Source: Candidatus Thorarchaeota archaeon (GTDB lineage Archaea; Asgardarchaeota; Thorarchaeia; Thorarchaeales; Thorarchaeaceae). From it: a stretch of 58,866 nt of DNA. The stretch lies in assembly GCA_003345595.1 (NCBI GenBank), contig PRDI01000050.1, positions 1 through 58,866 of the forward strand, read 5' to 3'. Shown here in pieces: positions 49,342 to 57,971 of the stretch (position 1 is its first letter; each line of letters begins with the position of its first letter). A model generated the notes under the pieces. That model did no database searches and was not told where the DNA came from. It saw only the letters and a program-made list of their open reading frames with translations. The translations under genes and the position numbers were made by a program.

Positions 49342-51702
49342 TCAGAAACCGCCGATATCTTTGGAGCCCTCCTTGGTTTCTGTCTCTCGGAGCAGCATTG
49401 TGCCCTTCATCGTGATCCTGTAGTTTGTGTATGAAACGCCAGCATGGAGTTCATGTCCACGAAGAATGAGACCTGCCCTCTCAAGTCGCGTTATCACACC
49501 CTGGACATCGTCGCTTGCGCTTCCTCCGCTTGAAACGATGAACCTCTTGACTGCCTCTTCGGTCAGCGGCTCATACTTCATGAGTAGACGTAGAACGCGC
49601 AATGCGAGGTTTCTCTCTCCTCCTGCGACACAATCCAGAAGAGAGTCGGGACCGTGGGGTGACTTTACCGTGTCAGCTCGGAGTACTTGAGCGAGTCTGC
49701 GAATCATCTCGTCCTCGGTCAGCGGACGAATGTCAGACTGAGGAAGGCTGAGCTTGACGGGCATGCAGGTTTGCGAGCCACCGCGTATCATGAGCGCCAC
49801 TCCGGGTTCCATTACCCTGAGGAAGGAAGTTTCCCGCATACTCTGACGTGACTTGCTGTGAATACCCGTGGCAATCACGCTGAGACCCAGAAAATCTATC
49901 GCAACCTTGAGGTCCATTCCCTCTCTCAGCTTGAGCGAAACAAAGGATGAGAGGACTCCGAGAGCTCCGGATGACATGTCTGCAGGATGGTCGAGGCCGA
50001 CAATAATCGGCCCCCTCCTCTTGAGCGTTCGCAGCAGTGTTTCGGACCAGACATCTCGGTTACCGTATTGCCTGTTGCGTACTCTCAAGTTGTCTGGGCT
50101 ATCGAGAATCACGATCAGATTCTCATCATGAGTGAGGCCAGCAAGCTTGACGCATAGGAGATCCCATGCGTATCTGTCCAATGGAGGCGACCCAAGGGAA
50201 AGAAGCAGGACTGCAAGAGGCACTTCTGTGAGGACACTCATGGGCGCAGTCTGACACCCGTAGAATGCTCTTGCACCTGAACCTTGGTGCAGCATGCGAA
50301 TTGCGTTGATCCCAATCAGAGAGACCTTGGAGTGGCCCTCTACAACAGGAATGTTTGAGTCTGGAGTGTTTTCAGTGTCAGACGAATCTCCTAGGTGAAC
50401 ATCAGCGACAGTCGCATTACCAAGTGCCACAGCCTTGTTGAGCGCAATCTCAAGATCGACTGCCCCTCGCAAGTCCATGCCGCAAAGTACCTCAAGTGTT
50501 GTCAGTAGTTGCGGAACATATTCGCTTCGAGGAGCCCCGTCTGGATCGATTGGGTTCAGGACTAGATTCCTGCCCAGCTCCAAGCTGATGCCTTGCTCTG
50601 AGAGTGCTGCGATATCCACGGCCTCGCGATCACCAGTAGCAAAGAGAACGCGCTTGCCAGAATCGAGGAGCCTGTCGATGATGACCTTCAACAGCTCTTT
50701 TCTCTCTGACTGACCTCCCCCACAGATGAGCAAGCCTCGTTCAAGATCGCTGTCTGCGAGTCCAACCGATGGGCCCAACCTTAGCGTTTCAGGATTGATA
50801 GACACTCCAAGAGCGTAATCTGCCTCGTCTGATCTGATCGGAGACACAAACTCGGCTGGTACGCTTGCGCCCACCTCTGGTGCGAGTTCGCTTGGCAGCT
50901 GGACTAGCCATTCAGAAAGCTCTGATCCAGCTGCATAGAAGGATGTCAGACCGTGATCGACCTCCACCTTCCTGAAACGGTTACAGAGGCCGTTGGCACT
51001 GACTCTCTGCCACTCGCGCTCCGGTATAGCGGCTCTCATGGCTGACTCGAATCCGGATAGATCCTCAGGTCTCTTGCCATATCCAACAGCTAGGACGCCC
51101 GTACTCCACATGCCGCCTCGTCTTGCCGCATAAGCACCGACGGCATCCTTGGAGAGGTTATCCAAGAACGAGGCCAATGAATCTGATAATCGGTCTTTCT
51201 GCAAGATGTTCTCGATCTTCTCAGGCTTCATCGAAACAGACACGAACAGACCCATCGAGTCATCCATTGCTCTGATGAGTGCACCGAGGTCTCCGACAAG
51301 ATCAGATCCTGCCGAGTCCAGTCTCATTGCAGCAGCAAACTTCCGTCCCCTTACGTCTCTCACTTGTACTGAGCCCTCGACAAGTGAGAACCCGACATCA
51401 CCTGTACGTACGCTCTTCCATTGGTCGTTTACTGATTGTCTGGATCCTGACGACCCCATCGTGCGGGTCACAATGATGATGCTGATGAGCACGGTCGCTG
51501 TGCCAACAAGCACAACGTCGGGATACCATATTCCCGTAACAACTGTCACCGTTGAAACCAATGCAACCAGTGATAGTGAGTGTCCGACTTTCCTGTTGTC
51601 CCACCTGATTTCTGTGCTAGGGGTCGCTCCCTCTCCTTGCCGAGCTCTGTCCTTGAATGGGTCGAAAGCGGGCTCGGGACCCAGCACAAGTCGTCTACTC
51701 AT
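49342..51702 (-). CDS. Membrane-anchored HerA/VirB4/FtsK-like protein with degenerate ATPase motifs and C-terminal winged helix
   Basis: Two N-terminal TM helices; RGLLICGGGQSERK (Walker A position), LGRNLVLNPID, LIVILDSPDNL (Walker B position), LRTLKRRG.IIVGLDHPADM (R-finger/TQ position), FLRVMEPGVAL; C-terminal wHTH ending YRITMKG. ATG 51702 follows GGAGGAGG. Confidence 0.68.
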   Translation of the reverse strand: MSRRLVLGPEPAFDPFKDRARQGEGATPSTEIRWDNRKVGHSLSLVALVSTVTVVTGIWYPDVVLVGTATVLISIIIVTRTMGSSGSRQSVNDQWKSVRTGDVGFSLVEGSVQVRDVRGRKFAAAMRLDSAGSDLVGDLGALIRAMDDSMGLFVSVSMKPEKIENILQKDRLSDSLASFLDNLSKDAVGAYAARRGGMWSTGVLAVGYGKRPEDLSGFESAMRAAIPEREWQRVSANGLCNRFRKVEVDHGLTSFYAAGSELSEWLVQLPSELAPEVGASVPAEFVSPIRSDEADYALGVSINPETLRLGPSVGLADSDLERGLLICGGGQSERKELLKVIIDRLLDSGKRVLFATGDREAVDIAALSEQGISLELGRNLVLNPIDPDGAPRSEYVPQLLTTLEVLCGMDLRGAVDLEIALNKAVALGNATVADVHLGDSSDTENTPDSNIPVVEGHSKVSLIGINAIRMLHQGSGARAFYGCQTAPMSVLTEVPLAVLLLSLGSPPLDRYAWDLLCVKLAGLTHDENLIVILDSPDNLRVRNRQYGNRDVWSETLLRTLKRRGPIIVGLDHPADMSSGALGVLSSFVSLKLREGMDLKVAIDFLGLSVIATGIHSKSRQSMRETSFLRVMEPGVALMIRGGSQTCMPVKLSLPQSDIRPLTEDEMIRRLAQVLRADTVKSPHGPDSLLDCVAGGERNLALRVLRLLMKYEPLTEEAVKRFIVSSGGSASDDVQGVITRLERAGLILRGHELHAGVSYTNYRITMKGTMLLRETETKEGSKDIGGF

Positions 51703-52015
51703 GCTTTGCCTCCTCCTCAACCGGAAACCAGCTGAAGTCTTGCCTCTGAAGGATCTCGAGAACTCTCCTGAACCGCTCTGCGTACACAGGCCCTCCGCCA
51801 GCCATCACGAGCGTCCTGTTACTGGTGAGCAAGAGCTCGGGCATGTTTTCACCATGTGAAGGTGCACCGTAGGCAATGAGCACAGGACTCCGGGACAAGA
51901 CTATCCATTGGTAGCCGTGTCCTTTCTGTAGTGCATCCATGAGCGTCTGAGGTTTGACCCCTCTCGGCAGGTCTACGCCGGTTCGATCACTTTGAGGACT
52001 GCTCATCCTGTTCAA
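51695..52015 (-). CDS. Hypothetical protein (106 aa)
   Basis: AAGGAGG SD; overlaps both operon neighbours. Confidence 0.62.
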   Translation of the reverse strand: MNRMSSPQSDRTGVDLPRGVKPQTLMDALQKGHGYQWIVLSRSPVLIAYGAPSHGENMPELLLTSNRTLVMAGGGPVYAERFRRVLEILQRQDFSWFPVEEEAKHE

Positions 52016-52601
52016 TTCCTCCTTTGACTGCCCTCATGATATCGTTGAGCCCTGCGTTCTCGATTGGAATGTGGGGGTAAGCAGTCCTCATTGCCTTCTC
52101 AAGTATCATCACGTCAGCAGACAGGTCTTTCGACAGCTTCTGCGCTATCGCAGAGGCATTGCCGACTCTGAGGCAGGTCCTGACAATCATCATGCCGATA
52201 ATTGTTGGCCCCTGCCCGAGGGGTCTGTAGAGAAGAAATCTCACCGAGCCGTTCTTACTCTCAGACAGCCTCGCGTGCATTGCCTGTAGCACTCGGGAAG
52301 CAGCATGGCTCAGGTCTATTCCAAGAGGCACACTAGTCATAAGTCTGGCTCCGAATGCCTCAAGTTTCCACGTCCTGACAAGGGCCAGTACTCCATACCT
52401 CTCGTTCCACAGCATCATCGGCGTCCCAGATGACCGCTTAGCTACGACTATCAGGACCGTTGTGAGCAGGAGTCCGATTACTGCTTGCTGCGCTTGAACA
52501 AGCCGCTGGCTTCCAGCCAATAGTGAAAGGAACCAGATAGCTAGCAGAACCGAGGCAATGATCCATCCATCAGACAATGGTTCATTGTGCATCAATACCA
52601 T
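51987..52601 (-). CDS. Membrane protein (2 TM) with soluble alpha/beta domain
   Basis: Two N-terminal hydrophobic helices; GGGAGG SD; overlaps the XPD stop. Confidence 0.7.
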   Translation of the reverse strand: MVLMHNEPLSDGWIIASVLLAIWFLSLLAGSQRLVQAQQAVIGLLLTTVLIVVAKRSSGTPMMLWNERYGVLALVRTWKLEAFGARLMTSVPLGIDLSHAASRVLQAMHARLSESKNGSVRFLLYRPLGQGPTIIGMMIVRTCLRVGNASAIAQKLSKDLSADVMILEKAMRTAYPHIPIENAGLNDIMRAVKGGIEQDEQSSK

Positions 52602-54546
52602 TCTCCTCCCTTCTCTTTACGAATCTGCTGATTGCGTATCTCAGCTCTTCTGAACCCTCATATGGCCACATGTCTGAAACCATATCTTCACTGAATACAG
52701 AAGTATACCTGAGGAATCGTCTGTCAAGAAGGACCGCGACCCCCCAGTCAGCGGGCGACCTCCTCAGACGACCTAGAAGCTGCGCGACTTGTCTTATAGA
52801 TGGAATGACACTTGCATAGTAGTACCCCATTCCTTGGCCGAATCTATTGTCGAACCATTGCTCCATCGCCTTCAGGTAGCTACTTGGCGGCGTGAACGGA
52901 ATGCCCACGCCTATGATAAGGTCGACCATGCTGGAGCCGCCCTGCGCTAGATCCACACCCTCACTGAACTTGCCACCATAGACGCAAAAGACAGCATGGG
53001 GACTGCTCTGAATCGCCTCGGCTACTGTTTCAATCCTCTCTTCTGGACTCTCCATGAGAGGTCTTCTGTGACCGGTGTGAACGTCATGACTCAGAACCTC
53101 ACGCATGATTGCATAACTGGGAAATGCGACCAATGCGCTCTTGTTTGCAGGCATCACCTCCAATACTCTCTGAACGGTGGCCGCGATCGTACGCCAGAGC
53201 TCATCGTTGCGGTCTTGGTACTTCGTGGTGATTCCTTTGTCGACAAGAACTAGCCGTGTCCCACGTGGATATGGGCTTGCCAAGTCTTCCATAAGGGCGC
53301 TCGAAACCCCCAGCAGCTTTGAGTAGTGCTCAAGGGGTCTGAGAGTGCCAGACATGAGGAGAGCAGAGCGAGCTTCCCTCAAAACCGGTGCAGCCAGGCC
53401 AGCGGAGTTCATGGGCCGAATGAATAAATCCGCATCAGAGCGGCTCTCCTCTTCCTGTAGCTGCTTGCGTTTCCTGATCATTGCATGCCAGTCATCGCTC
53501 TTGGCGGCCCTCGTCGCGGCGAGTAGGAATTCCAGCAACTTGTCAATGGGCGTTTCCGCCAAGGATGCTGCATCAGGGTCGCCCATTATTGGGTTGGTGG
53601 CATCCGTGAGCTGCTTCAGTGCTGCTTCTTCGATGAATCTGGGTGCCACATCCCACTTGTCAAGACGTTTCTCTAAACGCCCCTTCATGTCGTCAAGAGC
53701 TACCATCATGGTCTCCCAGAGAAACTCTATAGTGTCCCCCAACCAAGGTGCAGATGTTTCTCGCACAATCTCTGCGCGATGCTCTCTAAGCCATCTGAGT
53801 TCCTCCCAGCCTATCTTTGCGGTTTCTGAATCAAGGATATGAGAAGGGAGGTTGTGAGCTTCGTCAACAAGAACATCAACTTCTGGGAGGGCGTTTCCCA
53901 GAGACCCGAGAGTGGCATCCCGTACGCGCGAGCGAAACAGATAGCTGTATGGACCAATGACAATGTGACTATCCCTTGCGCAATGCCTCATCAGTTCGTA
54001 GGGGCACAGATCTCCCGTGCCTGCGACGCTTTCGACACGCTCTCGAGTGATAACACCTGAACCCAGCATTTCAGATATGGTGCTCCGCACGTGATCCCTC
54101 ACCTGTGTTCTGCCTTCTTGCTTCCTGTAGAAATTCCAGTAGCAGGTGCACTGGCCGCTCTTGACCATCAACACACAGGCCTTCATGAAGCCCATCGAGC
54201 TCAGTGGACGTATCTGCTCTTTGAGTGGGCACGTGTGGACTCTCGAGAGAAGAGTTGTTGCAGTCAAGGAGGGAAAACGTTGCCTCAGGACATCGAGTTC
54301 GTTTTCGAAGACTCGGGATTGGGAATGTGTTCTCGTGAGGACCATCAGCCTGCAAGTCCTATCATGTGCACGCGCCGCGAGATACCCGGCCAATACTGCG
54401 ATAGTCTTGCCAACACCGCAATCGGCAGAAAGGAATCCGACTCCTCCCTTTGAGAAGACCTGCGCAGCGAGAGTCACAGCTCGATCCTGAAACGGTCTGG
54501 GATTGTAGGGGAAGAACTGCATTGGGTTCATCGCTGCGACTGTCAT
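52582..54546 (-). CDS. xpd: XPD/Rad3/DinG-family Fe-S 5'-3' DNA helicase
   Basis: Q motif RPFQ, ADCGVGKT, RTHSQ, Fe-S cysteines (TCP..., C, C, CPY), DEAH, SGTL, GKFSEGVD, Q..GRLRR..D. Confidence 0.92.
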   Translation of the reverse strand: MTVAAMNPMQFFPYNPRPFQDRAVTLAAQVFSKGGVGFLSADCGVGKTIAVLAGYLAARAHDRTCRLMVLTRTHSQSRVFENELDVLRQRFPSLTATTLLSRVHTCPLKEQIRPLSSMGFMKACVLMVKSGQCTCYWNFYRKQEGRTQVRDHVRSTISEMLGSGVITRERVESVAGTGDLCPYELMRHCARDSHIVIGPYSYLFRSRVRDATLGSLGNALPEVDVLVDEAHNLPSHILDSETAKIGWEELRWLREHRAEIVRETSAPWLGDTIEFLWETMMVALDDMKGRLEKRLDKWDVAPRFIEEAALKQLTDATNPIMGDPDAASLAETPIDKLLEFLLAATRAAKSDDWHAMIRKRKQLQEEESRSDADLFIRPMNSAGLAAPVLREARSALLMSGTLRPLEHYSKLLGVSSALMEDLASPYPRGTRLVLVDKGITTKYQDRNDELWRTIAATVQRVLEVMPANKSALVAFPSYAIMREVLSHDVHTGHRRPLMESPEERIETVAEAIQSSPHAVFCVYGGKFSEGVDLAQGGSSMVDLIIGVGIPFTPPSSYLKAMEQWFDNRFGQGMGYYYASVIPSIRQVAQLLGRLRRSPADWGVAVLLDRRFLRYTSVFSEDMVSDMWPYEGSEELRYAISRFVKRREENGIDAQ

Positions 54547-55169
54547 TGGTCCTCCTCCACATGCAGCATAGATTCGCTTCTGTGTATCCGGAAGCGTATC
54601 GAGAAGTAGCTCTCCATGACCTCATTGAATCGCTGAATGTGTGCAGGTGAGTCATAGTGCTCTTCCTCGAGTGCCATTCTTTTGACAATGTCAGGACTGA
54701 AGCCCTTCCGCCTCGCCGCTACCCAGAACCAGTCTTCCACTTCTTTCATTGTCGAGAGTATGTGCGCAACCGTGTCCTCGATCAACGACATCAGGAACAT
54801 GACTGCATCCCTGGAGTTCTTGGGGAGACCTGATACATTGATGCCTGTGGGGAGGTAGGCCACGATTCCGTCATTGCTGTCCAAATGTATCTCACTTGGC
54901 ACTCCTCTTGTTCCTCTGAGCGTTTCCAGCAATGATAGGAGTCTTGGCAACTGCGACAGTAGCGGTTCTTTCGAGTCCCTGCCATGCCAGTCGATCCTGG
55001 ACACCACGAATAGCTCAGGATCTGGTCCGTCACTACGCTGAAGCGTAGCAACTCTATGCGATGTTTCTCTGAGCAGCAAGTTGGTCAAGTTGATCAACGA
55101 GCTGCTTAACACAGTCGAAGGAGTCTTGGGCACCCAGACCTCTGAAATCACGGCTTCAGTATCGGACAT
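54543..55169 (-). CDS. Hypothetical protein (208 aa)
   Basis: ATGA overlap with xpd and overlap with the upstream gene; no recognised motif. Confidence 0.7.
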   Translation of the reverse strand: MSDTEAVISEVWVPKTPSTVLSSSLINLTNLLLRETSHRVATLQRSDGPDPELFVVSRIDWHGRDSKEPLLSQLPRLLSLLETLRGTRGVPSEIHLDSNDGIVAYLPTGINVSGLPKNSRDAVMFLMSLIEDTVAHILSTMKEVEDWFWVAARRKGFSPDIVKRMALEEEHYDSPAHIQRFNEVMESYFSIRFRIHRSESMLHVEEDQ

Positions 55170-55614
55170 AAGTTCCCTTTCTCCCGGATAGTGTGATTTC
55201 GGAGCCGTCGTTCACAAGGCACCCGTCCGAAAGCATTGCGTCAATGAATGCACTTGCTTTGTCTTCATCAATGCCCGCGTCCGAACATTCCTGAAGTATT
55301 CGCATTATGCTCACGGGCCTGCCGCGGTTTGTATCCACCAAGGCCTCAACTATGTTGAGCACCCTTTTCCTCACTCCGTAGCTTCTTGGGTCTCCGCCCG
55401 GCAGGCTTCTCTGCGTGGAGTCTACAACAAGCTCTCTGATCATGGACTCGGCCTCTTCGACTGTTGCGGCGTACCTCGTAGAGGAACTATGGGGAATCTT
55501 GGCCTGACATAAGCTGCAGACAGAGCTGTCTTGGAAGTTCTCTACTGGAGCATATCCTACATTGCGGCATCTCGGGCATCTGTACACGCGGAGCAATCTC
55601 CTCTCCCCCATCAC
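55156..55614 (-). CDS. Zinc-ribbon plus winged-helix protein
   Basis: CPRC...CSLC Zn ribbon; C-terminal VLNIVEAL...PVSIMRILQECSDAGIDEDKASAFIDAM..DG resembles the MCM C-terminal wHTH. Confidence 0.75.
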   Translation of the reverse strand: MMGERRLLRVYRCPRCRNVGYAPVENFQDSSVCSLCQAKIPHSSSTRYAATVEEAESMIRELVVDSTQRSLPGGDPRSYGVRKRVLNIVEALVDTNRGRPVSIMRILQECSDAGIDEDKASAFIDAMLSDGCLVNDGSEITLSGRKGTYVRY

Positions 55615-56741
55615 TGCTCCTCCTCTTCATCGACCTCTTCCTTGACATCACCCTCGGATTCCTTTTCTGCATGAGCAGCTTTCTTCCTTTTCTTCCTCGC
55701 ACTCTTCTCTGAAGCAGCTTGCTCTTCCTCTCCACTCTGTGCGCTCCATCCTCTCATCTTGAAATAGTCGAGAATCCTGCTCTCCGTTTCCTTCTTCTCA
55801 TCGGTATCCATATAGAATCCGCCCCAACCCATCATCACTTCGACTTTGAACTCGGGTATGCCAGCGTTATCTTGAAGCTCGACGAGCCTCACCACGCCTG
55901 ACTTCCTTCTTGTGTAGAACCTGTAATCCGAGGCGTGCGAGATAACATGGCCCCCGGCCGGGGCGTTGGGATTTCCACCATAGATGCTGACCGTACTCAT
56001 CACTTGATTCGTGTACACGAATACTGCGTTTGTGGCAGCTGCGATACGTCTCATCTGGTTCAACAGCTGATTCATGGTCTGTTGTCTTGTGGTAAGTGCG
56101 TTGAGTCCTTTGTACTCAGCTCTGAAGAGCCCCGTTAATGAGTCAATCACAACAAGCTTGTAGTCCTGCTCGGCACATAGCTGGGGTATGCTTTCGAATA
56201 CATCTGTGATTTGTTCGCTGATCACTATGTGAGCCAAGCCTATGTTTCCTAGGGCTACGTCCGGGTCTAGGCCGAATCTCACTGCATTTGCTCGTATGAC
56301 CCAGGGTTTGAATGAGTTCTCCGTGTCCAACCACAGGATGCGGCCTTCGAGTCCTCCTTTCTCTCTAGGGAGTTGGGCAACGACTGCGAGCTGGCAGCAC
56401 CATTGGGTCTTGCCACCTCGCGCGGGGCCGTAGAACTCAACGATTGAGCCACACTCGATGCCGCCAAACATCTGTCTGTTCATTTCTTTGAGACCGCTGC
56501 TGAGGCGAGGCTTGGATGCCATCTCCTGCTCAACTTCAAGACCTGACTTGAAACCGCACAGGCCGACCAGCTGCCTTGCACTTCGTATGATCTTGAGTGT
56601 CGTACCCTCGCCAAGCTTCGTCTTCGTTGCCAGTTCGACCGGATTCTGAACTGCCAACAGTTCAGCAGTTGTTACAAGGACTTCCCGGAGCCTCTTCGAT
56701 GCGGCAGGACCCACACCACTTACAGCCTCAAGTTCGGTCAC
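55611..56741 (-). CDS. radA: DNA recombinase RadA/Rad51-family protein (full length, divergent) with charged C-terminal tail
   Basis: N-terminal HhH (GVGPA), GFKSG polymerisation motif, GGIECG, GPARGGKT, DTENSF, VVIDSL, FRAEY.G...L..RQQ, TNQV, GGHVISHAS. Confidence 0.9.
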   Translation of the reverse strand: MTELEAVSGVGPAASKRLREVLVTTAELLAVQNPVELATKTKLGEGTTLKIIRSARQLVGLCGFKSGLEVEQEMASKPRLSSGLKEMNRQMFGGIECGSIVEFYGPARGGKTQWCCQLAVVAQLPREKGGLEGRILWLDTENSFKPWVIRANAVRFGLDPDVALGNIGLAHIVISEQITDVFESIPQLCAEQDYKLVVIDSLTGLFRAEYKGLNALTTRQQTMNQLLNQMRRIAAATNAVFVYTNQVMSTVSIYGGNPNAPAGGHVISHASDYRFYTRRKSGVVRLVELQDNAGIPEFKVEVMMGWGGFYMDTDEKKETESRILDYFKMRGWSAQSGEEEQAASEKSARKKRKKAAHAEKESEGDVKEEVDEEEEQ

Positions 56742-57205
56742 AGAATCCCCTCCTTCACAAGTCTGTCAGCTATAGGCCCGCGCACGGGTACAAGGTTCAG
56801 GAAGGGCGCCAGCTCACACCGAGGAAGCAGGAATCCTCCCTTTATTCTCGCCAACGTGAACCCCGGAAGAAGGCCTGCAACACACTCCACGCTGGCGGAG
56901 GGCAGCTCTACCTTCAGACCTTGAGGGCATAGTCTGCCCGCAGTACTGATGTATCCTCCAAGTGTATCATAGCATGAGAAAGACTGTCCGTCGCCGTCGA
57001 CCATGCAGGCTCCGGGTTCAGCCGCCTCGATGCCCCCCAGATCATCCGCTGATTCATAGATATCTTCGATGAAGTTGTCCCATTCCCAGCCCTGTTTCTG
57101 TCGACCGACTACGTTGATACCCGCAATAGCTCCTGCCAGCCAGGCGATATGAGGAATACAACTGCTGCCAGCCTTGAGTCTTTCAGAAGCATCTTCACAC
57201 AACAC
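56738..57205 (-). CDS. Cys-rich hypothetical protein (155 aa)
   Basis: GAGG SD; overlaps both neighbours (GTGA overlap with radA). Confidence 0.65.
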   Translation of the reverse strand: MLCEDASERLKAGSSCIPHIAWLAGAIAGINVVGRQKQGWEWDNFIEDIYESADDLGGIEAAEPGACMVDGDGQSFSCYDTLGGYISTAGRLCPQGLKVELPSASVECVAGLLPGFTLARIKGGFLLPRCELAPFLNLVPVRGPIADRLVKEGIL

Positions 57206-57971
57206 TCTGGCTCTCTACCTCCTCGGTGCTCTCCAGGCCTCCAGCAACCTCGACTACCGGCGTTAGCTCATCCAGCCAGCTGACAAGGCTTTTGATTATT
57301 GGGTCCTCTGTCTGCGTCTGGTTCAGCACAGAAGTGATGAGCGACTTAGAAGTCACTACGACTCTCTCAAGGGCAAGTGCTCTGCTTGGGTATGTCATAG
57401 GTTTGAACCAAGGCATATTGACGAAACCTGATTCTCCTGCCAAGAACTCACGCCAATCGAAGTCCCATTCAGCGACACAGGGGTCGCGTCTGATTGTGCT
57501 CAACAGGACCTCAGTCCAGTCGGACCACCTTTTCATAAAGGCCCAGACAGACGTCGTGAGTGATCTCATGCTATCTGATTTCGAATCGGGCTGCCCCTCA
57601 AACACCAACACCAGGTGAGTAGCAACGCCCTTTGCGATAGCACTCACAGCTAGGCCGCTGTTCTGGTGGGCGACCATGAGTGAAAGACAGGGAACAAGAC
57701 TCAAGATGTCACATGGCTTGTACAGCCCACCCCTTCCGTTATCGAACCTCGCGAAGGGGGCTAGGATGTCGCTTCGCAGACCTACTACCATTGCCAACCA
57801 TGAGCCGCAACCGGGTCCTTGGTAACGAAGACGGGCTTTCACAACGTTGCGATCCGCATTATTGAAGACGACCTGCAAAGGCAGCGTTACATCGATAGTC
57901 CCATTGGCCGTGCGATACTGGCTACATAATGACAGGAGCTGTTTCTCTAGTTCGGCAATCATCTTGAGCAC
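57195..57971 (-). CDS. Hypothetical protein (258 aa), first gene of the operon
   Basis: Long ORF with a Trp/aromatic-rich motif (WDFDWREFLAGESGFVNMPWF). Confidence 0.7.
   Translation of the reverse strand: MLKMIAELEKQLLSLCSQYRTANGTIDVTLPLQVVFNNADRNVVKARLRYQGPGCGSWLAMVVGLRSDILAPFARFDNGRGGLYKPCDILSLVPCLSLMVAHQNSGLAVSAIAKGVATHLVLVFEGQPDSKSDSMRSLTTSVWAFMKRWSDWTEVLLSTIRRDPCVAEWDFDWREFLAGESGFVNMPWFKPMTYPSRALALERVVVTSKSLITSVLNQTQTEDPIIKSLVSWLDELTPVVEVAGGLESTEEVESQSVV

Noticed and set aside
55675-55705. RKKRKK in the RadA tail as a nuclear localisation signal
   Set aside because: Prokaryotic context; short basic patches in charged tails are common and better explained as DNA-binding or low complexity.
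47139-56741. Inteins in RadA or the helicases
   Set aside because: Motif spacing is normal and no C/S...HN-C/S/T splice junctions or LAGLIDADG blocks were seen.
42106-57971. Interpreting the operon as an integrated plasmid, provirus or ICE
   Set aside because: No integrase, relaxase, primase/Rep, capsid, flanking tRNA or att-like direct repeats recognised, and no obvious compositional break by eye. Not excluded without comparative genomics.
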